DNA of 15,068 bases from Deltaproteobacteria bacterium. GTDB lineage: Bacteria > Myxococcota_A > Polyangia > Polyangiales > Houyiibacteriaceae. The position numbers were made by a program, and so were the translations under genes. The stretch covers positions 1-15,068 of the forward strand of contig JAXMNT010000090.1 in NCBI GenBank assembly GCA_034670305.1. The letters are read 5' to 3'. The notes under the pieces were generated by a model. That model made no database searches. It was not told the origin of the DNA and was given only the letters and a program-made list of their open reading frames with translations. This document shows, piece after piece, positions 6,055-13,035 of this stretch (positions within the stretch are counted from its first letter, which is position 1; every line of letters begins with the position of its first letter).

Positions 6055-8060
6055 CTCGTCTTCGACTTCAACACACCCTCTCTTTGTTCGTCGGCTGCCT
6101 GGCCTTGGCGTGCGGCGACTCCGGCGTCGTGGGCGTGGATGGGGATGCGGATGTGGCCGATGCGAACGCGCCGGACGGCTTGTCCACGGACTCGAGCCTC
6201 CCCGGGCTGATCTCACTGCGCGTCGAACCGGCGCTCGTCGAGATCGCCGACGATGGGTTCGCGCCAGGGGAGACGGCGGCCGTCCGGGCCATCGGCACCT
6301 TCGACGACGGGGAACGCGACCTCACGGCGTTGGTGTTCTGGACGGTCGAACGGGAAGCGCTCGCGACGCTGGACTCCGGCCTCGTGACCAGCCAGGGCAT
6401 CGGCGGCCGAGGCGTGATCACCGCGCAAGCGGGGGAGGCGACGGCGAGCGCCGACCTGCACATCCGAGTGGAAGTCGCAGTGCCTGGCGACGTCGATCCA
6501 GAGGTCCGCGCGCTCTTTCCGGAGGACACCTCGGGCGACGTGGTCGGCGTCGAAGACGCACCGCTGATCGTCTACCCGAGCGACGAGACCCAGTTCCCGC
6601 GCAACCTCGAGCGGGTCGACCATCAGTGGCGCGCCGAAGGACTCGACGTGTTCGAGGTGCGTTTCGAGAGTGAGCTCGGCCTCATCCGATACTTCACGAG
6701 CGACCTGCACCTGCTGCCCGACGCCGCCGGCTGGCGTTGGATCGCGGACACGCACGCGGGGGCATCCCTCGAGTTGAGCGTGCGCGGCATCGACTCCGAA
6801 GATCCCTCTCGGGTGCTGCGTTCGGACGCGGTGACGCTCTACTACTCGGAGTCGGAGGTGCGGGGCGCACTCTACTACTGGTCGACCGGCGCCCAGGGCG
6901 TGATGCGGGCGACGATCGCCTCGACCCTCGCCACCAAGTTCTACTCTGGACCGGAAGACAACACCTGCGTCGCCTGCCACACCGTGTCGCGCAACGGTCG
7001 CCGAATGTCGATGGGCTACGGCGGCGAGCAGTTGAGGCAGGTCTCCGTCCCCGAAGCAGAACTGCAGATCCCAAGCGACCCGGATGGGCGGGGGCGCGAC
7101 TACGGCTGGGGCACCTACAACCCGGAGGCGACCCGCCTGCTCTTCTCCGCCGACGGTGAGTTCACCATGCTCGACGCTGAGAGCGGAGACGAACTCGAGG
7201 CGCCGGGCCTTCCGGAAGACTGGACCGTCACCCATCCCGACTGGAGTCCAGACGGAGCGTACATCGCGTTCGCCTACCACGATTCGGAGTCGCTGGGAGA
7301 CAAGAGCGCCGAAGGCACCGGGCTCGCGCGCATCCCCGTGCGCGGCGATGGAACGTTCGGCACCGCCGAGGTCCTGCTCCCGAGCGAAGACGGGGAAGAC
7401 GACACGCTCTTCTTCCCCGCGTACTCGCCGGACGGCCGGTGGCTCGCGTTCGTGCGCGCCGAAGGCAAGTCGAAGGACGCCGAGTCGGCGACCGTCTTCC
7501 TGCTCGCCTCCGACGGCGCGGGCGCGCCCGTCGAGCTGATGCGCCTGAACGAACGGGTCCGGCACCAGGACGGCGTGGTGGACGTCGGCAACTCCATGCC
7601 TCGATGGGCGCCGAGCACCCAGCCCGGCACCTTCTGGCTCGTCTTCTCCTCCGTGCGTGCGTACGGCGACGTCATCCAAGACGGCGGCCGCGATCAGCTG
7701 TGGGGCGTCGCGATCGACCCGGCCGCCATCGGCGCGTCCGACCCGAGCTACGCGGCGTTCTGGATGCCGTTCCAGGAAGTGGAAGAGGGCAACCACCGCG
7801 CGTTCTGGACCATCGACACCGACGACGTGTGCGACGACGTCGTGGAGATCTGCGACGAGATCGACAACGACTGCGACGGCATCGTCGACGAAGAGTGTTG
7901 CGTGCCCGGCCCCGAGGTGTGCGGCGACATGGTCGACAACGACTGCGATGGACTCGCGGACGAAGGCTGTGGCTGCGAAGACACCGAGACGTGCGACAAT
8001 GGCATCGATGACGACTGCGATGGCGCGACGGACGGGGCGGACGAGGATTGTCTGATCTGA
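6051..8060 (+). CDS. Large lipoprotein: Ig-like domain, single CxxCH motif, TolB/PD40-like beta-propeller, C-terminal Cys/Asp (MopE-related) repeats
   Basis: ATGA overlap; lipobox LALA-C; CVACH at 6966-6980; HPDWSPDG and FPAYSPDGRWLAF repeats; three EICDxIDNDCDGxxDE-type repeats. Confidence 0.88.
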   Translation: MTRLRLQHTLSLFVGCLALACGDSGVVGVDGDADVADANAPDGLSTDSSLPGLISLRVEPALVEIADDGFAPGETAAVRAIGTFDDGERDLTALVFWTVEREALATLDSGLVTSQGIGGRGVITAQAGEATASADLHIRVEVAVPGDVDPEVRALFPEDTSGDVVGVEDAPLIVYPSDETQFPRNLERVDHQWRAEGLDVFEVRFESELGLIRYFTSDLHLLPDAAGWRWIADTHAGASLELSVRGIDSEDPSRVLRSDAVTLYYSESEVRGALYYWSTGAQGVMRATIASTLATKFYSGPEDNTCVACHTVSRNGRRMSMGYGGEQLRQVSVPEAELQIPSDPDGRGRDYGWGTYNPEATRLLFSADGEFTMLDAESGDELEAPGLPEDWTVTHPDWSPDGAYIAFAYHDSESLGDKSAEGTGLARIPVRGDGTFGTAEVLLPSEDGEDDTLFFPAYSPDGRWLAFVRAEGKSKDAESATVFLLASDGAGAPVELMRLNERVRHQDGVVDVGNSMPRWAPSTQPGTFWLVFSSVRAYGDVIQDGGRDQLWGVAIDPAAIGASDPSYAAFWMPFQEVEEGNHRAFWTIDTDDVCDDVVEICDEIDNDCDGIVDEECCVPGPEVCGDMVDNDCDGLADEGCGCEDTETCDNGIDDDCDGATDGADEDCLI

Positions 8061-9361
8061 ACATACTTGGCCGCAGCCGAGGCATCGCGCTGATCCTGTC
8101 GGTGATGGTGCTTGGCTGTGCGGTGGACCGCTCGGGTCTGGCCACGGTCGACGGCGGAACCGGCGGGGTCGACGCGGGGGTCGATGCGACCGGGATCGAC
8201 GCGCCTGGGGTCGACGCGCCTGGGGTCGACGCGCCTGGGGTCGACGCGCCTGTGATGGATACTTCGGTCGACGCGCCGATCGACATCGACGCGCCGATCG
8301 AGATGGACGCCGGCACCGACGCCGGCACCGACGCCGGTACCGACGCCGGCACCGACGCGGGCCCGCCGGACGACTGGTGGGACACCGACTGGGGCTGTCG
8401 GCGGCGGGTCACGGTCGCAGGCGGCCGCGATGGCGCCCTCAACGACTTCCCTGTGTTGCTCGGCATGGCCGCAGCGCGCCTCGACTTCGGTCGCGGCCGC
8501 ATCGAACGGGACCACATCCGGGTGATCGACGCGGACCACTCGACCGTGTTGCGGCACGAAGTCGAATCATGGGAAGCCGATGGCGCGGTGATCTGGGTCA
8601 AGCTGGACATCGAGGCCGGCGGCCAAGACTTCTGGATCTACGCCTGCAACTCGGACGCATCGCGCGACGAACGGCCGAACGATGTGTGGACCAGCTCGTA
8701 CCGCGGCGTCTGGCACATGTCGGGCGACATGCAGGACGCGTCCGGCGGCAGCCACCACGGTTCGAGCGGACACACCTCTGTCGTGGCGGGCGCCTTGGGC
8801 GGGTACAGCGGCAGCGCACTCGGGTTCGCCGGCGGGGACTTCACGACCATTCCCGACCACGGGGACCTCGATCTGAACCGATCGATGACCATCGAGGTCT
8901 GGGCGCGCATCGACCCGGGCTCGGGCTCCGACCACCGCCACGGCATCCTCGCCAAGCGCGCCGACTGCGGCACCGACATCAACTACGCGATCTTCCAGCA
9001 ACCCGAGCCGTGGCCGACCCAGTTCGAGTTCACCGACAGCACCTACCGGACCTACCTCGGGAGCGAAGGGCTCGGACGAAACCGCTGGCGCTACATCGTC
9101 ATCCGCATGCTGGACGAATCCGCCACCGAGATCTGGGTCGACGGCGTGCGCGACCTGCGCCGCGAGCACGGCTTCCGGATGGAGACCAACAACGACGACA
9201 TCGAAGTCGGCCGCAACGGAGGCTGCGACAACGAACACCTCGACGGCGCGATCGACGAGATCCGGATCCAGAACCTCGTTCGTTCGGTTCCATGGATCCA
9301 GACCCAGTATCAATCGATGACCGACGCGCTGCTGACCTACCAGACCCCCGAACGCATCTGA
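8048..9361 (+). CDS. DUF2341 plus LamG/concanavalin A-like lectin domain lipoprotein
   Basis: Lipobox VLG-C; DAPGV/DAGT linker; WWDTDWGCRRRVTV, NDFPVLL, AVIWVK (DUF2341-like); YRGVWHM, MTIEVWAR, LDGAIDEIRI (LamG-like). Start codon uncertain by a few codons. Confidence 0.85.
   Translation: MSDLNILGRSRGIALILSVMVLGCAVDRSGLATVDGGTGGVDAGVDATGIDAPGVDAPGVDAPGVDAPVMDTSVDAPIDIDAPIEMDAGTDAGTDAGTDAGTDAGPPDDWWDTDWGCRRRVTVAGGRDGALNDFPVLLGMAAARLDFGRGRIERDHIRVIDADHSTVLRHEVESWEADGAVIWVKLDIEAGGQDFWIYACNSDASRDERPNDVWTSSYRGVWHMSGDMQDASGGSHHGSSGHTSVVAGALGGYSGSALGFAGGDFTTIPDHGDLDLNRSMTIEVWARIDPGSGSDHRHGILAKRADCGTDINYAIFQQPEPWPTQFEFTDSTYRTYLGSEGLGRNRWRYIVIRMLDESATEIWVDGVRDLRREHGFRMETNNDDIEVGRNGGCDNEHLDGAIDEIRIQNLVRSVPWIQTQYQSMTDALLTYQTPERI
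8196..8362 (+). repeat. In-frame coding tandem repeats: 15-bp TCGACGCGCCTGGGG x~3.8 (8196-8252) and 12-bp GACGCCGGCACC x~4.5 (8306-8362)
   Basis: Read directly from the sequence; encode DAPGV and DAGT repeats. Confidence 0.9.
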
Positions 9362-9533
9362 GCCGGGCCCTTTGGGTTGAGGGCGAGGGCGAGGAGCCGA
9401 GTGCGGGGCTCCGCTCAGCTTTGTCTCGCTCCGAGACGAATCAGGGCGCCCCTGCGCCCGACCGCCCCGCCCACAGGACCACTGGCGAATGGGGGGTGGC
9501 TTGTCGGCCGCGCGACGGTAGCCTCCCGCGGCC

Positions 9534-11129
9534 ATGACCAGCGTCCAGACCACCAGCGGCTCGCCGAGCCACATCGACTGTTTCGAACCCGCGACCGGCG
9601 CGCCGCTCGGCCAGGTCCGCGTGACCACCCCCGAAGAGGTGCACCGCGCGATCGACAAAGCCCGGGAAGCCCAAGCGCTCTGGGCCCGCACCACGTTCGA
9701 TGTGCGGCGCTCGGTCCTGCGACAGATCCAGCGCCACGTGCTCGACCACGCGGACGAGCTCTGCGATCTCATCGTTCGGGACGCGGGCAAGACCCGTGAG
9801 AACGCGATGCTCGGCGAGATCTGGCCGGTCTCCGAAAAGATCCGCTGGACGATCCGGCACGGCGAGAAGCACTTGCGGCCCGAGCGGGTCTCGAGCGGGC
9901 TCTTCGTACACAAGAAGGCCACCATCGAATACCACCCGCGCGGCGTGGTCGGCGTCATCTGCCCGTGGAACTACCCGCTGCAAAACATCCTCGGACCGGT
10001 GGTCCCGGCGCTGATGGCCGGCAACGCGTGCGTCGTGAAGGTCAGCGAGCAGGTGGCCTTCAGCGCCGCGCGCTTCGAACGGATCTTCCACGAAGCCTTC
10101 GACCAGCACGGCTTCCCGCACGCGCTCGTCCAGATCGTGCACGGCTACGCGGAGACCGGCGCGGCGGTGGTCAGCGGCGGCAGCGATCTCGTGGTCTTCA
10201 CTGGCTCGATGGCCAACGGCAAGAAGGTCATCGCCGAGAGCGCGAAGTCGATTACGCCGGTCATCCTCGAGCTCGGGGGCAAAGACGCGATGATCGTGTG
10301 CGACGACGCCGACCTCGAGCAAGCCGCCCACGCGGCCCTCGCTGGCAGCTTCATCGCGGCGGGACAGAACTGCCTCGCCGCGGAACGCACCCTCGTGCAC
10401 GCGGGCATCTACGACGCGTTCGTCGCCCGGGTCGCGCACCTCGCGGGACAGATGACGCAAGGCGTGCCGCACGAAGGCCGGCCGGATGTCGGCGCGCTCG
10501 TCGCCGCGCAGCAGGCCGACATCGTCGAACACCTCGTCAACGACGCGCTCGCCAAGGGTGCGCGCGCGCTCGTCGGTGGCGCCCGACCGAAGCGCGCGGG
10601 CAACTGGTTCGAACCCACCGTGCTGGTCGATTGCACGCCCGAGATGTTGATCATGCACGAAGAGACCTTCGGTCCCGTGATGGCCATCTGCCGCGTGCGC
10701 TCCGACGAAGAAGCGATCGAGATCGCCAACGGCACCCAGTACGGGCTCAGCTCCACGGTGCTCAGCAAGGACAAGAAGCGCGCGAAGCGCATCGCCGACG
10801 CGATCGTCACCGGCAGCGCGTCGATCAACGACTACGGCCTGACGTACATGGCGCAGGAGCTGCCCTTCGGCGGGGTCGGCGGATCCGGGTTCGGCCGACT
10901 CAACGGGCGCGAAGGATTGCGTGCGTGCACGAACGTGAAGTCGGTCCTCGAGGATCGCATCGCGCTGCACCAGCCCGCCAAGCTCTTTCCCGTCGGCCCG
11001 CGCGACTACGATGTGGCCCGCGGCGTGATCAAGACGCTCTACGGCCAAGGCGTGCGCGGACGGATCGAAGGTCTGAAGGACCTCGTGCGCACCGCACGCG
11101 GCGTGGTACGTCCCCGCCGCCGTGACTGA
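9534..11129 (+). CDS. NAD(P)-dependent aldehyde dehydrogenase
   Basis: GVICPWNYP, ALMAGNACVVKVSE, FTGS, LELGGKD (catalytic Glu), GQNC (catalytic Cys), EETFGPV, LPFGG. Confidence 0.96.
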   Translation: MTSVQTTSGSPSHIDCFEPATGAPLGQVRVTTPEEVHRAIDKAREAQALWARTTFDVRRSVLRQIQRHVLDHADELCDLIVRDAGKTRENAMLGEIWPVSEKIRWTIRHGEKHLRPERVSSGLFVHKKATIEYHPRGVVGVICPWNYPLQNILGPVVPALMAGNACVVKVSEQVAFSAARFERIFHEAFDQHGFPHALVQIVHGYAETGAAVVSGGSDLVVFTGSMANGKKVIAESAKSITPVILELGGKDAMIVCDDADLEQAAHAALAGSFIAAGQNCLAAERTLVHAGIYDAFVARVAHLAGQMTQGVPHEGRPDVGALVAAQQADIVEHLVNDALAKGARALVGGARPKRAGNWFEPTVLVDCTPEMLIMHEETFGPVMAICRVRSDEEAIEIANGTQYGLSSTVLSKDKKRAKRIADAIVTGSASINDYGLTYMAQELPFGGVGGSGFGRLNGREGLRACTNVKSVLEDRIALHQPAKLFPVGPRDYDVARGVIKTLYGQGVRGRIEGLKDLVRTARGVVRPRRRD

Positions 11130-12744
11130 ACCAAGGACCCACACACCCGCCGACACCTTCGACTACGTCGTGGTCGGCGGCGGCAGCGCGGGCTGCATCC
11201 TCGCGGCCGATCTCTCGAAGGTCGGCACCGTCTGTCTGCTGGAAGCGGGACCGCACGCGAGCCAAGCCCCCGCAACGTTGCGCGCCGATGGCTACAAGGA
11301 CGCGTTCACCGATCCGCGCCTGATGTTCGAACGGTTCGCCAAGAAGGACGCGCGCTGGGGCGACCGGCGGGTCTTTGTGGGCACCGGCCGGGTGCTCGGC
11401 GGCAGCGGTGCTGTGAACGCGATGGTCTACACGCGCGGCGCGGCGGAAGACTTCGACAGCTGGCCCGAAGGCTGGCGTTGGCAAGACGTGCAGCCTGCGT
11501 TCGATGCGGTGGAATCCACGCTGAGGCCGCGGCCACGCGAACTGACCGAATGGACCGAACGCTGCATCGCGTCGGCCGAGCTCGCAGGCATGCGCCGCAG
11601 CCGCAACCTCAACGACGGCGACCTGAGCGGCGTGCTCGGCTACGAGGCGATGAACTACGAAGGCGACGCGCGGCGCTCTTCCTACGTCGGGTTCTTGGCC
11701 CCCGCGCTCGAAGCCCAGATCACGGCGCCCGAAGCGAAGCGCACCCTCCAAGTCGAGACCGGCGCGCTCGTCGATCGCGTCGTGGTGCGCGGCGGCCGAG
11801 CGCGCGGCGTCGCGTACTTCAAGGGCACGACCGAACACGAAGTGTTCGCGCGCCGCGAGGTCGTGCTCTGCGGTGGCGCGCTCGCGACGCCTGCCATCCT
11901 TCAACGCTCCGGCATCGGCGCGGCGAGCGCGCTCCAAGCGCTCGGCATCGACGTCGTACTCGACCAGCCACGCGTCGGCGCGAACCTGCACGACCACCCG
12001 AACGTACAGCTCTTCTTCCGTGGCAAACGCGAGGTCGACTGCGACTACCCGCAGCTCTACGGCTTCGAACACGTGGGCGCTGGTTCCGAGTCCGCACCCG
12101 ACACCTGCTTCGTCTTCTACCCGGCCCGCTCCTCCTTCCGAGAGGGCCTGTTGAAGTTGCTCCCGGGCATCGCGCTGCCCGAGTCGCTCTACGACAACCC
12201 GGTGTTCCCCGCCGCGATCCGCAAGTCGATCGAAGTCGCGTTCGAGCGCGACGCGGTGCGTTCGTTCGTGGAGAAGCTCTGGGGCGTGGTCGTGATCCTC
12301 GGCAAACCGAAGAGCCGCGGCAGCGTGCAGATCACGAGCCGCGATCCGCACGCGATGCCGGACGTGGACCCCGGCTGGTTCGCCGATCCCGCCGACATGG
12401 ACACCGTGCTCGCTGGCGTCGAACGCGCGCGCGACATCGCCGGCCAAGCGCCGCTCGGGTTCTTCGGACAGAAGGAACTCTTGCCCGGCAAACGCGTGAA
12501 ACGCCGCGCCGCGCTCGAGCGGTGGGTCCGCAAGAACGTGATGACGACCTACCACTTCGCTGGCTCGTGCGCCTTCGGCACCCAGGACGACGATGTGCTC
12601 GACCTCGATCTGCGCTTGCGGGGCATCGAGGGCCTTCGAGTCGCCGACGCGAGCGCGATGCCCATCGCGCCGGTCGCCGCGCTCAACGCGCCCACGATGA
12701 TGCTCGCCTACCGCGCCGCCCAGCGCATCGCCGCGGACGCGTAG
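11122..12744 (+). CDS. GMC family FAD-dependent oxidoreductase (choline/alcohol dehydrogenase-like)
   Basis: DYVVVGGGSAG, GRVLGGSGAVNAMVYTRG, ILQRSGIG, VGANLHDH, TTYHFAGSC, LRVADASAMP, NAPT; GTG start overlaps the ALDH end by 8 nt. Confidence 0.95.
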   Translation: MTEPRTHTPADTFDYVVVGGGSAGCILAADLSKVGTVCLLEAGPHASQAPATLRADGYKDAFTDPRLMFERFAKKDARWGDRRVFVGTGRVLGGSGAVNAMVYTRGAAEDFDSWPEGWRWQDVQPAFDAVESTLRPRPRELTEWTERCIASAELAGMRRSRNLNDGDLSGVLGYEAMNYEGDARRSSYVGFLAPALEAQITAPEAKRTLQVETGALVDRVVVRGGRARGVAYFKGTTEHEVFARREVVLCGGALATPAILQRSGIGAASALQALGIDVVLDQPRVGANLHDHPNVQLFFRGKREVDCDYPQLYGFEHVGAGSESAPDTCFVFYPARSSFREGLLKLLPGIALPESLYDNPVFPAAIRKSIEVAFERDAVRSFVEKLWGVVVILGKPKSRGSVQITSRDPHAMPDVDPGWFADPADMDTVLAGVERARDIAGQAPLGFFGQKELLPGKRVKRRAALERWVRKNVMTTYHFAGSCAFGTQDDDVLDLDLRLRGIEGLRVADASAMPIAPVAALNAPTMMLAYRAAQRIAADA

Positions 12745-12748
12745 CCTG

Positions 12749-12948
12749 CTTGCCAGCGCCGAAGGCGCAATCCCCTTGCCCTCGGTGGGGCTTTGCTCGC
12801 TAGGGAGTGTCTTCAAAGGGTCGGGCCGTAGGCCCGGCCTTCGTGCACGTACACGTACACGCACACGTGCACGTACCCGTGTGCGTCCTCGTCCCCTTGC
12901 CAGCGCCAAAGGCGCGATGCCCTTGCCCCGACCCTTGCCTCGGTGGGG
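12749..12948. repeat. Composite intergenic repeat: two direct repeats flanking CTAG, an IS-like end, a hairpin and a hexamer tract
   Basis: CTTGCCAGCGCCGAAGGCGCAATCCCCTTGCCC (12749) vs CTTGCCAGCGCCAAAGGCGCGATGCCCTTGCCC (12896), 30/33 identical, both followed by TCGGTGGGG; CTAG 12800-12803; hairpin 12819-12839; GTGCAC/GTACAC hexamers 12843-12896. Confidence 0.8.
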
Positions 12949-13020
12949 TTGGTTCCCGACATCCGCGCTGTCCCCGAGACCCATCGGACGCGGTGCCTAC
13001 GCAAGGGCGTCGATTCGGAG

Positions 13021-13029
13021 TGCTACGCT
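13021..13029 (+). promoter_or_regulatory. Putative extended -10 box (TGcTACGCT) of a leaderless transcript
   Basis: TGn-TAnnnT 6 nt upstream of ATG 13036; no Shine-Dalgarno. Confidence 0.55.
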
Positions 13030-13035
13030 GGCCGC

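Noticed and set aside
6051-8060. Naming the propeller protein tolB
   Set aside because: Different domain architecture and no tolQRA/pal neighbours.
9534-12744. Naming the pair betB/betA
   Set aside because: Only family-level motifs are visible and betI/betT context is absent.
12749-12948. Possible mini CRISPR array
   Set aside because: Only two imperfect units, a ~105-nt repetitive interior and no cas genes.
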